A stretch of 64,000 nt of DNA from an uncultured Acidobacteriaceae bacterium (lineage in GTDB: Bacteria > Acidobacteriota > Terriglobia > Terriglobales > Acidobacteriaceae): the NCBI GenBank assembly GCA_964248505.1, contig CAXTYQ010000007.1, positions 8,356 through 72,355 on the forward strand. The letters run 5' to 3'. Under the pieces are notes generated by a model that saw nothing but the letters and a program-made list of their open reading frames with translations, was not told where the DNA came from and did no database searches. A program made the translations under genes and the position numbers. This document shows, piece after piece, positions 9,056-18,888 of the stretch (the stretch's first letter is position 1; each line of letters begins with the position of its first letter).

Positions 9056-9787
9056 ATGTTAATTGGCGAAAACCTCTCGCGCGTAGCAGAACAGATCGAC
9101 CTTAGCTGCCGTCGGGCGGGGCGAGCCCGCGGGGATGTCGCGCTGATGGCTGTCAGCAAGGTGCATCCGGCTGAAGCCATTCTGGAAGCTTACGCGGCGG
9201 GCCACCGGCTCTTTGGCGAGAACCGCGTGCAGGAGTTCGCGGCGAAGCAACTTACGATTAGCGAGTTGGAGGATGCCCACTTTCATCTGATCGGTCCTCT
9301 CCAAAGCAACAAGACCGCACGCGCTGCTGAACTTTTTACTTCCATCGACACCGTCGACAGCCCGAAGATCGCACAGCGCCTCGAGGCTGCGGCGACGAGC
9401 CTGGGTAAGACCTTGCCTATCCTGATTGAAGTTAAGCTCTCGCCCGAGGAGGCCAAACATGGGATCGCGCCGGAGCACCTTTCCGGCCTGCTCCGAGCGA
9501 TCGAGCCTCTGTCTCACCTCGAAGTGCGGGGGCTCATGACGGTTCCACCCTGGTCGGAGGAGCCGGAAGCCGCACGTCCCTATTTCCGGCGGCTTCGCCA
9601 GCTCCGGGACGGCTTGCAGCCGCTTTACCCCAGCCTCACTGAACTGTCGATCGGCATGTCCAACGACTTCCAGGTTGCTATCGAAGAAGGATCTACTACC
9701 GTGCGGCTCGGCACTGCGATCTTCGGCCGGCGTCCCCCGCCCTCTACTCAAGCCTTGATGACGGACGAAGAGCAGGCATCCCGGTAA
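9056..9787 (+). CDS. yggS: PLP homeostasis protein YggS family
   Basis: AVSK, FGENRVQE, HLIGPLQSNK, GLMT, MSNDF..AIEEGST.VRLGTAIFG. Confidence 0.95.
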   Translation: MLIGENLSRVAEQIDLSCRRAGRARGDVALMAVSKVHPAEAILEAYAAGHRLFGENRVQEFAAKQLTISELEDAHFHLIGPLQSNKTARAAELFTSIDTVDSPKIAQRLEAAATSLGKTLPILIEVKLSPEEAKHGIAPEHLSGLLRAIEPLSHLEVRGLMTVPPWSEEPEAARPYFRRLRQLRDGLQPLYPSLTELSIGMSNDFQVAIEEGSTTVRLGTAIFGRRPPPSTQALMTDEEQASR

Positions 9788-9884
9788 CCCCGAACGGGTT
9801 CTGCATACTGGAAAGACAAATAGAAATATCCAGAGCCCTTGTTGGCATCGTCCGGCATCAAATAACAAAGAATCGACAACTATT

Positions 9885-10547
9885 ATGGACATCCTGGAAC
9901 AGCAGCAGATCTCTCCTCTCCCGCAGGAAAGTGCTTCCCGTACAGAACTCGACATCGTGGATGCGGATAAAGTCGAGCAGTACCTCGAAGAGAAGATGAT
10001 TGGCGATCGGATCCGCCGCCTTCGTCTGAAACGCTCGATGGGTCTGGTCGAGCTCGGCACGCGCACTGGCCTATCTGCCAGCTTTCTCTCACAGCTCGAA
10101 ACAGGGCGTGTCGTTCCGACAATACGCAATCTCGCAAAGCTTGCGCTCGTCTTTGAAAAGGATCTCTCCTATTTCTTCCGTCAAGAGAAGAACATAACCT
10201 TTCGTCACCTCCGCCAAACCGATCGCGTCCGTTTGAATCGCGAGGTCAAAGGCGGTGCGCGCTTTGTCTCCGAAAGTCTGAGTTCTCTCATACCAGACCA
10301 CCGGATGGTCCCTTGCCTGGCAGAGTTTCTGCCGGGACGCGAGCAGTCCACCTTTTCCCCCAAGATCTTCTCAGGTCTAGAGTTCCTCTACGTTCTGCAG
10401 GGCGAGCTTTGCCTGGTGACGCCAACTGAGCGCGAGCCCCTACATACGGGCGATGTCGTCTGGATCGATGCTCGTACAAAGCGCGAGTACAGTTCGTCTG
10501 CCGGGTCCGTTGCGAAGGCTCTGATTGTCACTTTTCCTAAGGAATAG
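9885..10547 (+). CDS. XRE-family HTH regulator with C-terminal cupin
   Basis: IRRLR..LSASFLSQLETGRVVPTI HTH; EFLYVLQGEL..GDVVWID cupin strand. Confidence 0.88.
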   Translation: MDILEQQQISPLPQESASRTELDIVDADKVEQYLEEKMIGDRIRRLRLKRSMGLVELGTRTGLSASFLSQLETGRVVPTIRNLAKLALVFEKDLSYFFRQEKNITFRHLRQTDRVRLNREVKGGARFVSESLSSLIPDHRMVPCLAEFLPGREQSTFSPKIFSGLEFLYVLQGELCLVTPTEREPLHTGDVVWIDARTKREYSSSAGSVAKALIVTFPKE

Positions 10548-10648
10548 GGTAAAAGCAGTGCGCTCTACGCGTAGCACCCCGTGAGTGCCTGTTTTGAGGG
10601 TCTCGGGTTCCGGGCAAAGAGATCTGCCTGGGACCCGAGTGGACAGGT

Positions 10649-11299
10649 TTATGCGCGCGACCGCAGCCTGCGAGAGAGCGTTCCAGCAGCGCCCAGCAGA
10701 CCCGTTCCGAGTAACATCAGGCTGTTCGGCTCGGGCGTCGTTACTGTCCCGGCGTAGTCCAGACCAAACGATGCGCCGCCGCCCTGCACGACATCGAATT
10801 GCAAGGTGTTCACGCCCGCGACAAAGTACGAACCAGGCAACGCGATCGTCAGGGGTGTGAGGCAGTTCGGCGTTGCGGTCGCGCAATGTGGGTATCCGCC
10901 CGCCATTCCTTCCCCAATAACCTGATGGCCGTTGAGCAGGATATCCGTTGTGTCGTCCGCCATAACCGTCAGGAAACCGGAAGAGTCAATGGGGTCGGTG
11001 TCGACGAATGTAGTGAAAAACGTGTAGGTGCTGTTCGGAGCGACGTAGCTCCCACCTGGAGCAGTATTCGGGTTGAAAGAAACCCAGCTTGAGTTGGCAA
11101 CCGGATTCGCCCAGACGCCGGCACCCGAGCCGATGTCATAGGTCGCGCCTGTGGCGCCATAGGTCGTCGCGGTGTTGCCAACGCCGGCCGGAGCTACCGC
11201 CGTGGTTCCATAGCTGGCAAGTTGAATGGTTTTTGCTGATGCGAAGGTCGCAGCAGCAACCAGAACCGAGAGTGCAGACAGTTTTACAAGGACGTTCAT
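10649..11299 (-). CDS. PEP-CTERM sorting domain secreted protein
   Basis: ATG 11299 after AAGGAG; signal peptide; C-terminal TPEPNSLMLLGTGLLGAAGTLSRRLR. Confidence 0.9.
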   Translation of the reverse strand: MNVLVKLSALSVLVAAATFASAKTIQLASYGTTAVAPAGVGNTATTYGATGATYDIGSGAGVWANPVANSSWVSFNPNTAPGGSYVAPNSTYTFFTTFVDTDPIDSSGFLTVMADDTTDILLNGHQVIGEGMAGGYPHCATATPNCLTPLTIALPGSYFVAGVNTLQFDVVQGGGASFGLDYAGTVTTPEPNSLMLLGTGLLGAAGTLSRRLRSRA

Positions 11300-11520
11300 T
11301 GTTTTCTCCTTCGCCCCGATCTTTGCGGGTGCGATCGTTGTTTGGGAGATCTCTGTGGCACGCTGGTTAGAGCCGGGCCACTGTAGAGATCTCGTTCCTG
11401 CACATCGTCTAAAGCAGGTTAGAGACCAAAGAAGTTCCCTTATTTGGCGCAACTCTTTGCGAAGAACGTCCTTTTTCGCGACAGGCGAGCCCCATCCGAG
11501 AGAACAGGATTGCGCACAGG

Positions 11521-11558
11521 AGAAAAACCTTGCCCCTCCGAGTTGGAGGGGCAAGGTT
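11521..11558 (-). terminator. intrinsic terminator after aldo/keto reductase
   Basis: 14-bp stem aaccttgcccctcc/ggaggggcaaggtt running into TTTTT on minus strand. Confidence 0.8.
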
Positions 11559-11637
11559 GCTTGGCAGCAGGGAAGAGCGCAAGTTGATGGAACGCAATCG
11601 GAGTACAAACCCCGACGCTTGAGGGGAAGTTGGCTCG

Positions 11638-12519
11638 TTACCGCGCTGCGTCTTCGATCTGTTTCCACTCCGCGTCGCTGAGTTCGACCCCTGCCGCACC
11701 GACGTTTTGCTCGAGATGCTCGACGCTGGATGTGCCCGGGATCGGCAGAATTACTTTGCTCCGGTGAAGCAGCCAAGCCAACGAAAGCTGGCTCACGGTC
11801 GCGCCATGACGCTTTGCAGCATCGTCCAGCTTGCCTCCGGGCTGCGCCAGTTTGCCTGCAGCGACGGGAAACCATGGGATAAACGCGATGTTGTTCCGCT
11901 CGCAGTAGTCGACCACGTCCTCGTGCCGGCGATCGCCGAGGTTGTACTGGTTCTGCACGCTGACGATGTCGATCACCTTGCGCGCCCGTTCGATTTCTGC
12001 CGGTTTCACCTCGCTCAGGCCGACATGCCGGATCTTCCCCGCCTCTTGCAGATCGGCGATGTTTACCAGCGACTCTTCGACCGGTACCAAAGGATCGATC
12101 CGATGCAACTGCCAAAGATCGATCCGTTCGGTCCGGAGCCGCCGCAGGCTCATCTCCACCTGCTGCTGGAGGTACTCTGGCCTGCCCACGGGCAGCCACT
12201 GGTTCGGTCCCTGTCGGGTCAGGCCGCCCTTGGTTGCGACCACCACACCACCGCTGTACGGCGCCAGCGTCTCGCCGATCAGGCGCTCGCTCACGTCCGG
12301 TCCATAGCTGTCGGCCGTATCGATGAAGTTGACGCCGAGTTCCACTGCTCGCCGCAGAACCCGCTTCGCCTCTTCCGGGTCGCGTGGCTCGCCCCAGATG
12401 CCCTCACCTGTGAGGCGCATCGCTCCAAATCCAAGACGGTTCACCACAAGGTCCCCGCCGATCGCAAACGTCCCGCTTGCCCCCGCCTGCACTGCTGTTG
12501 CTGTCGCTTGGTTAGCCAT
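11638..12519 (-). CDS. aldo/keto reductase
   Basis: [36 protein letters not shown]. Confidence 0.93.
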   Translation of the reverse strand: MANQATATAVQAGASGTFAIGGDLVVNRLGFGAMRLTGEGIWGEPRDPEEAKRVLRRAVELGVNFIDTADSYGPDVSERLIGETLAPYSGGVVVATKGGLTRQGPNQWLPVGRPEYLQQQVEMSLRRLRTERIDLWQLHRIDPLVPVEESLVNIADLQEAGKIRHVGLSEVKPAEIERARKVIDIVSVQNQYNLGDRRHEDVVDYCERNNIAFIPWFPVAAGKLAQPGGKLDDAAKRHGATVSQLSLAWLLHRSKVILPIPGTSSVEHLEQNVGAAGVELSDAEWKQIEDAAR

Positions 12520-12572
12520 AAGCAATAGGATGTTTGTCGTAGACTGAGGTCGCATCACGCAACCGCCTGCGC

Positions 12573-13565
12573 TCAGCCGAGAACCTCTCGAGAGATAGAC
12601 CCGAGCAATTGGTCTGCAGCCGCCGACGATCCGAGCCGCAGCATCTCGCCTTCCTGAAGGACCTTTACGCGATCCCGAATGCCGAGCCGCTCTGCCTCGG
12701 CGACCAAGCGCACCGGAGGCTCAGACATCGGTTCGCAGCCCAGGCGAAACGTGCCGAAGTGCATCGGCACCATCACGGCGGCCCCGGTTTCCTGGAACGC
12801 CTGCAGCGCCTCCTCCGGACTGGTGTGGACCGCGCGATAACTGTCCGGGAAGTATGCCCCGATGGGCAAAAGGGCGACCTCCGGCGAGAGTTTGCGACCG
12901 ATCTCGCGAAAACCCTCGAAGTACGCGGTATCACCCGAGTGGTAGACGCTGTGACCGCCGCCCGCAACGACGTAGCCTCCAAACTGCCGAAATGCGTCCT
13001 TGAACATGCGTGCGCCCCAATGCTTCGCGGGTGTCATGGTCACATGGACACCCGCGACCGGCGCCTCCTCCCACCACGAGAGTCGATGGATGCGGGCAAA
13101 TCCGAGACGGCCCACCAGATCCTCCACACCTTTTGGAACGACTACTTCGGGGGTACGCCCTGTCACCTGTCGGGTTCGCCGAATCACCCAACGCAGCGAT
13201 GGCAGGTTCAGATGGTCCATGTGGGCGTGGGTGAGAAGCACGACATCCACCGCCGGAAGTTGGCGCCAGGCCAGACCTGGCCTCCTTTGCCGCCGCAAGA
13301 GCACCAGGCGCTTCGCGAACACGGGATCGACCAGAATCTTCTTACCGGCGATCTGCAGCAAAAACGACGAGTGGCCGATAAAGGTAACGCCAAGCTCTGT
13401 ATCACCGACTGCCTCAAAGGCGCGTGACCGTCCCTGGATCGGTTGCGCATGGCTCTCGCGCACTAGCCGCAACAGCTGCCGCAGCTTGGTGGCCACAAAC
13501 GGCGTTCCTCGTCCCCAACGTGTTCCCATTCCTGATCGCGATCTCGTACTTCGTGCCATCGTCAC
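12573..13565 (-). CDS. metallo-beta-lactamase-fold hydrolase (NAPE-PLD/RomA-like)
   Basis: THAHMDH, GHSS, HSGDT, LPIGAY, PMHFGTF. Confidence 0.9.
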   Translation of the reverse strand: MTMARSTRSRSGMGTRWGRGTPFVATKLRQLLRLVRESHAQPIQGRSRAFEAVGDTELGVTFIGHSSFLLQIAGKKILVDPVFAKRLVLLRRQRRPGLAWRQLPAVDVVLLTHAHMDHLNLPSLRWVIRRTRQVTGRTPEVVVPKGVEDLVGRLGFARIHRLSWWEEAPVAGVHVTMTPAKHWGARMFKDAFRQFGGYVVAGGGHSVYHSGDTAYFEGFREIGRKLSPEVALLPIGAYFPDSYRAVHTSPEEALQAFQETGAAVMVPMHFGTFRLGCEPMSEPPVRLVAEAERLGIRDRVKVLQEGEMLRLGSSAAADQLLGSISREVLG

Positions 13566-13779
13566 CCTCCCTTCTATAGATGAGTGAGGAGCGCGTCAGG
13601 ACGCGAGGAGCGGCTTTGTCACAAGCAACCGTTGCTTCTTCGGAGGCCAGACGTCGGGCGTCCTTCCGCATCTATAATTACGGGTGGCTTCGCGGATTTT
13701 ACGTGGCTTCAAGGCTGATCCGCGCGGAGCTGCCCGCAACCGCCTCGATCTCCTCAGCGCCACTTTGGAGTTCTGCCGT

Positions 13780-14874
13780 ATGGCCGACAATCAGACCGCA
13801 CATCTCCGCTCCTCAAACGTATCGTCCGATGTATCGGCCAAAGGAGACAAAGGCGAGATGGGCCATGCGATCGGGCACATCGACCCGCTCCGGAAGCGCA
13901 TCTGGGAGCACGTCTCCCGATCTCCGCTGCACTCCCTTTGGAACCTGGAAGACGTTCCGCCATGGACGATCGCGAAACGCACCTTCAATGCGTTTATGGA
14001 GGACAATCTCTTGTCGCGCGCGGCCGAGCTCGGCTACTACTTCCTTTTTGCACTGTTTCCGACTCTGGTATGCGCCTCGAGCATTCTTGGACTTGCGGCC
14101 AAGTCTGCATCCCAGATCTATGTCCAGCTGTTGAACTACCTCGCCCTGGTGGTCCCACCCTCCGCCATGGGAATCGTAATGGAGACCTTCAACCAGACGA
14201 CCGCCGCGTCGAGCGGAGGCAAGATCACCTTTGGTCTGGCGGCCGCGCTCTGGGCGGCTTCGGTCGGCTTTGTGGCCATCCAGGACACGCTGAACATAGT
14301 TTACAAAGTGAAGGAGACCCGTCCCTACTGGAAGGTTCGCGGCTCGGCCATTCTCGTCACTGTGCTCTTGGCGATCATCGTTACACTCACGCTGGGATGT
14401 CTGCTCGGCGGCGACTTTTTGGCGCGCTACTGTGGGTCCCGCCTCGCCTACCACCCACTTCGCATGGTGGCTGTCGGCCTTACTCGGGGAGCCTCTTGGG
14501 TCATCGCAGCCTTGCTCCTGATGCTGCTTTTTGCGGTGATCTACTACTTCGCCCCAGATGTCAAGAACAAGCGCTGGCATTGGCTGACCCCGGGAAGTGC
14601 GATCGGCATCGCCTTCTGGATTCTTGCGTCAGTCGCCCTACGGGTGTACCTGCATTACTTCGACAACTACTCCGTTACCTACGGCTCACTCGGCGCCGTT
14701 ATCATCCTTCTTACCTGGTTCTACATCACGGGGTTGATGCTTCTGACGGGCGCGGAGATCAACAGCGAGATCGCCGCATCGGTCATCGAGCAAAAGCTGA
14801 AGGAGTCCGGCCAGCTCCCACCCCATGCGACCGCCGATCCCGAACACCCCATCCCGGCAGCTCCCCTCGCCTGA
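13780..14874 (+). CDS. YihY/BrkB family membrane protein
   Basis: AAELGYYFLFALFP, YYFAP, YSVTYGSLGAVIILLTWFY, GAEIN. Confidence 0.92.
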   Translation: MADNQTAHLRSSNVSSDVSAKGDKGEMGHAIGHIDPLRKRIWEHVSRSPLHSLWNLEDVPPWTIAKRTFNAFMEDNLLSRAAELGYYFLFALFPTLVCASSILGLAAKSASQIYVQLLNYLALVVPPSAMGIVMETFNQTTAASSGGKITFGLAAALWAASVGFVAIQDTLNIVYKVKETRPYWKVRGSAILVTVLLAIIVTLTLGCLLGGDFLARYCGSRLAYHPLRMVAVGLTRGASWVIAALLLMLLFAVIYYFAPDVKNKRWHWLTPGSAIGIAFWILASVALRVYLHYFDNYSVTYGSLGAVIILLTWFYITGLMLLTGAEINSEIAASVIEQKLKESGQLPPHATADPEHPIPAAPLA

Positions 14875-14896
14875 CCTGGGCGGGGAGGGGGAGAAG

Positions 14897-15658
14897 CTAC
14901 ATCCCATTGTCAGCGGGGAGCAATCGAGCGCGCCTCCGATGTTTGCCGTTTGCGGGATGGTAGCCCTCCGGGATCGTGAAGAGCATGGGGTCCGGCTCAA
15001 CCCGGAGGATCTCCGTCAGATGAACCTCGGTCTCCTCTCCGGCCGCGGGATGACGAGCCATCACCCGTATCGGAATGCCCAGATCGACTGAAAGCCAGAT
15101 CTCGCAGACCTCCTGTGCAGGCGCGCTCCCGGTCGCTACGCTGCTCGGTGGCCGTTCCTCCTCGATCCAGCCCACAGCCTCGAGACCGCTCACGCGATCC
15201 TTTCCGAGCCGCCGAAAGACCACGTCTTTGCCGACAACAGACTCATGCCAGGATCGATCGCGCTCCTGGTCGGCCCGGCGCAGCTCCGTCAGCTCCCAGT
15301 CGAGCGGCAGGGGGCGCGCCTGCAGCTCCGGAAGCGCGACGATGCTGTACTCCTTGCGATCGGGATCGAGATTGACACGCCGCCGATGGGGGACGTCCAG
15401 GATCACGATTTCGGCCTGGGTTCCTGAGCGTGGGTCGACTACTTCGACAAAGGTGGATCCGGCAGAGTTGCGCGCCATGCGGCCGCGCGTCGACCATACG
15501 CCCGAGGGCAATGTGCGTTCAATTACCTCGGTCGCCTGAAACGGCACGCCTTCTCTTTGCGTCACGCGCTCGGCTGCCGGAAGAGCACATTGAGCGTGGA
15601 TCTGCTGAGGGAGTGTGAGGAGAAAGAGAGCGGCGGGAATGGCTCGAACCCAGGACAT
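14897..15658 (-). CDS. hypothetical exported protein
   Basis: Signal peptide, beta-rich; RNSAGST, EPDPMLFTIPEGY C-terminal motif. Confidence 0.65.
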   Translation of the reverse strand: MSWVRAIPAALFLLTLPQQIHAQCALPAAERVTQREGVPFQATEVIERTLPSGVWSTRGRMARNSAGSTFVEVVDPRSGTQAEIVILDVPHRRRVNLDPDRKEYSIVALPELQARPLPLDWELTELRRADQERDRSWHESVVGKDVVFRRLGKDRVSGLEAVGWIEEERPPSSVATGSAPAQEVCEIWLSVDLGIPIRVMARHPAAGEETEVHLTEILRVEPDPMLFTIPEGYHPANGKHRRRARLLPADNGM

Positions 15659-15871
15659 GGAGCGACCTTTTCGTGTACGGCAGACGCTTTACGGCACCGA
15701 GGGTACGTGCAGCGTCCCGGTCCGGATTCCGTCCCTGCGGAGGTCGAGCCACCCATAACTGCACTTCCGTAACGTGGGAGCCGGGGCCGATCGGTCTGCG
15801 CCGTCTCGCCCCTTCCATCCGGAAACTCTCCGCGCCAACCCATCGCTCAGCTACAATTCCGGCACCCCTTC

Positions 15872-17446
15872 ATGAATCTCTACGTCGTCGTCCTCTCGGT
15901 TATCGTCCTGAGTCTTCTTTTGGTGTCGGTCGCTCGCCTGGGCAAGACCAAGACAAAGGCCGACTACCTCGTCGCCGGGCGTTCGCTTCCCGCGTTTGTG
16001 CTGGTCTTCACCCTCCTCAGTTCCTGGATCGGCTCAGGATCTCTCTTGGCCGGCGCGGAGAACGCGTACAGGCACGGATTTGCGGCGCTCTGGCAGGCAG
16101 CCGGTGGGTGGCTTGGCCTCTTTCTGATCTACTTCATCGCTCCGCGCGCACGGAAGTTCGCCCGCTACACCATTCCCGACCTCCTTGAAGCGCGCTACAA
16201 CCAGACCGCACGGATTCTCGGCGTCATCGCCATTCTGCTTACGTACACCGCCATCACCTCGTACCAGTTCATCGGTGGTGGCGACATCCTCCACCTCATC
16301 TTTCCGGAGGAGATCGGGCCCATCACTGGCCGTTACGTTATCGCGGCGTTCGTGATCCTCTTTACGGCGATTGCAGGTATGAGTTCGGTCGCCTACATGG
16401 ACCTGTTTATCGGCATTTTTGCAACGGTGACACTATGCCTGGCGCTTCCCGTTCTTCTGGAGCAGGCGGGTCACTGGTCCGGACTTGCGACCGGTTGGGC
16501 AACGCTGCGTGCGGCGCTCCCACCGACGCACTTCCAGGTGCTGGGAGACTTCACTCCGGTTGAGGCTGCCGAGCTCTTTCTGCCTACGTGCCTGCTCTTG
16601 CTCGGCAACCAGTCCATGTACCAGAAGTTCTTCTCGGCGCGCTCAGAGAAGGACGCCTCGCGAGCGGTCGTCGGCTGGATCATCGGCACCGTCGTGCTCG
16701 AAAGCGTGATCGTCGCGATCGCGGTGACCGGGTCAGTGCTCTTCCCCACGGGAGAGGTGAGCCGCGCACCCCGCGAGATCCTCGCCTACTGCGGTCTGCA
16801 TGGCTTTGACCCGCTCCCCGCCGCCACGGTCATCGTCGGCGATAGCGGAAAAGTTTTGAGCGTCACGCACGCCGGACAGGTCGCGGCGATGTCCGTTCAG
16901 GCAGTATTCTTTCTGCATCTCCTCGGCGCGCTCTTGATGGGCGCCATCTTCGCGAAAGTCATCTCGACCGCGAATAACTGGCTGTTTTCGCCTGCAACCA
17001 ATCTGGTCAACGACATCTTTGTCCGCTACATTCAGCCAGACGCATCGAACAAACGCATCCTCATCGTCTCTCGCCTGACAGTCGTCTTTCTGGGGCTCTG
17101 GGCGCTCTACCAGGGTCTTCATACCGAGTCCGTTCTGCGCAAAGCCCTTTATGCCTACACGATCTACGCCGCCGGCCTTACACCCGTCATCCTTGCGGCC
17201 TTTTTCTGGAGACGAGCCACGGCCAGCGGAGCCGTCGCATCGGTCGCCGCCGGCACCGTCGTCACCGTAGCTTGGGATGCGGTCCGCGTGCATCTTCCAC
17301 CTGCTGTAGGCAACCGCGATGCCATCTTTCCGGCTCTCTTTGCCAGTGTCCTGTGTCTGCTCGTCGTCAGCCTCCTCACAAGGAAGTCCGACGCGGCTCA
17401 CATGAATATGGTCCCGGAGAGCAGTACAGAGTCAAAACAGATCTAA
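15872..17446 (+). CDS. sodium:solute symporter family protein
   Basis: DYLVAGRSLP, TIPDLLEARY, GMSSVAYMD, ~13 TM segments. Confidence 0.92.
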   Translation: MNLYVVVLSVIVLSLLLVSVARLGKTKTKADYLVAGRSLPAFVLVFTLLSSWIGSGSLLAGAENAYRHGFAALWQAAGGWLGLFLIYFIAPRARKFARYTIPDLLEARYNQTARILGVIAILLTYTAITSYQFIGGGDILHLIFPEEIGPITGRYVIAAFVILFTAIAGMSSVAYMDLFIGIFATVTLCLALPVLLEQAGHWSGLATGWATLRAALPPTHFQVLGDFTPVEAAELFLPTCLLLLGNQSMYQKFFSARSEKDASRAVVGWIIGTVVLESVIVAIAVTGSVLFPTGEVSRAPREILAYCGLHGFDPLPAATVIVGDSGKVLSVTHAGQVAAMSVQAVFFLHLLGALLMGAIFAKVISTANNWLFSPATNLVNDIFVRYIQPDASNKRILIVSRLTVVFLGLWALYQGLHTESVLRKALYAYTIYAAGLTPVILAAFFWRRATASGAVASVAAGTVVTVAWDAVRVHLPPAVGNRDAIFPALFASVLCLLVVSLLTRKSDAAHMNMVPESSTESKQI

Positions 17447-17560
17447 GCGAAACTCTTCCACAGATCACTTTTCCACGGAGTTGAGTCCATCCCGCCGGTG
17501 AGCCGTGCATCCAATCGTGGCAAGACAGACGACAAGCAAAACCTTGGAGGACAGTTAGAC

Positions 17561-17941
17561 ATGGCAACCGTAGATAACGCGCTCAATGGAGATCTTCACG
17601 AGATCGTAGGTCCGGATTCCACCGCCACCCTGGAGACGGGCGGCAGCTTTGCCGCGAGCGATCCAACAAGAACAGGGAGCAGTGAGAACCTCTATGCCGC
17701 GGGTAAAAGCAACGCCGCCCGAAGCACGGACGATGACCTGGACGAAGATGAGGATGAAGATGACGATCTGGATGACGACGATCTGGACGACGAAGATGAA
17801 GACGAAGACGAAGACCTCGACGACGAGGACGAAGATGAGGACGACGAGGACGATGAAGACGACGACGAGGACGACCTGGAGGATGACGACGACGATCTAG
17901 ACGATGATGACGATGATGACGAGGACGAGGACGACGCATAG
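17561..17941 (+). CDS. small hypothetical protein with 70-residue poly-Asp/Glu tail
   Basis: GGAGG SD, ATG 17561; 126 aa; in-frame GAY/GAR run ending in TAG. Confidence 0.75.
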   Translation: MATVDNALNGDLHEIVGPDSTATLETGGSFAASDPTRTGSSENLYAAGKSNAARSTDDDLDEDEDEDDDLDDDDLDDEDEDEDEDLDDEDEDEDDEDDEDDDEDDLEDDDDDLDDDDDDDEDEDDA

Positions 17942-18116
17942 AGACGACGGCGGCGGTGGAGGCGAAAAGACGGAGTTCCGACGTCTGAGAGTCGAAGCCA
18001 TCACAGCTGCAGGCCTTGGGTAGGCCGATAGCAAACGAGGCAGGAATCCGTCACCCGGGGTGGATGGTGGCGGGTTCTGTCGGAAGATTCTGCCGGGGGC
18101 TAGCGTTTGTGGCAGT

Positions 18117-18689
18117 TCAGAGCCACGCCTTCACCAGAGGACCGTCGGCTCCGACGACCGGATCGGAGGCAGGAAAGGCGACGTCGCGCATCCGCTGAGC
18201 ACGAGCTTTGTCGGGCGCGTCGCGGCAGATGTCCCAAGTCTCTCCCGGTGGGTAGGCGCCGATCACAAGGAAATCATCGCTCGCCGCTAACCGGCAGTGC
18301 CCCGTTCCGGCGGGCAGAACGGCGACGTCGCCGGCGTTCACCACGATCTCTCGACCGCCCTCTCCGCCCAGCACCAGGCGGCCCCCACCGCGCGCAAAGC
18401 CGAGCACCTCATGAGCGGTTGAGTGGTAGTGATGAAAGCTGTACACACCGTTGCGCCACTGTGGCGGCCACCCATTCCGGGTAAAGGCCGTCTCCATCTG
18501 ACCGGCGAGGTCGCCGAGCTTGGCCCCATCTCCGCCAAACGCCTGCCGGTAAAGTAGAACAGGAAGCCGCGAGTTGTTGGGAACCCAGCCATTCGGGCCC
18601 AGATCCAGACGTTCGGGAGCTCTGCTGATGCCGAACATCTCTCTTGCTCCTCCAATCGTTAGCCCAGCCACAAAGCTTCGTCGGTTCAT
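18117..18689 (-). CDS. cupin protein (YjlB-like)
   Basis: [35 protein letters not shown]. Confidence 0.85.
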   Translation of the reverse strand: MNRRSFVAGLTIGGAREMFGISRAPERLDLGPNGWVPNNSRLPVLLYRQAFGGDGAKLGDLAGQMETAFTRNGWPPQWRNGVYSFHHYHSTAHEVLGFARGGGRLVLGGEGGREIVVNAGDVAVLPAGTGHCRLAASDDFLVIGAYPPGETWDICRDAPDKARAQRMRDVAFPASDPVVGADGPLVKAWL

Positions 18690-18888
18690 GGGTTGTTTGC
18701 ACCTGGTGAAAGTGTGGCGTTCGTCAGACTAGGTGGGAAAAGCGGGACCGCTCGCCAGTTCCGGAGCAGCGACTTGTACAAGCTCGACCTTAAGCAAGAC
18801 TACATCCGGCCCTCTTGCGCCAGACGCCTATCGGCGGCAAAACAAGGTGTCAAACTCGACGCGCACCGATGCTAGACTCAGGCTGAAG

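Noticed and set aside
11356-11371. sigma54-like TGGCAC near the PEP-CTERM gene
   Set aside because: Wrong orientation and lacks the TTGC -12 element.
11300-12199. Upstream extension of the 516-aa ORF
   Set aside because: Overlaps the AKR in another frame and crosses a terminator; real PEP-CTERM gene starts at 11299.
17729-17938. GAY/GAR-rich repeat as CRISPR or microsatellite
   Set aside because: No repeat-spacer structure; explained by poly-D/E coding.
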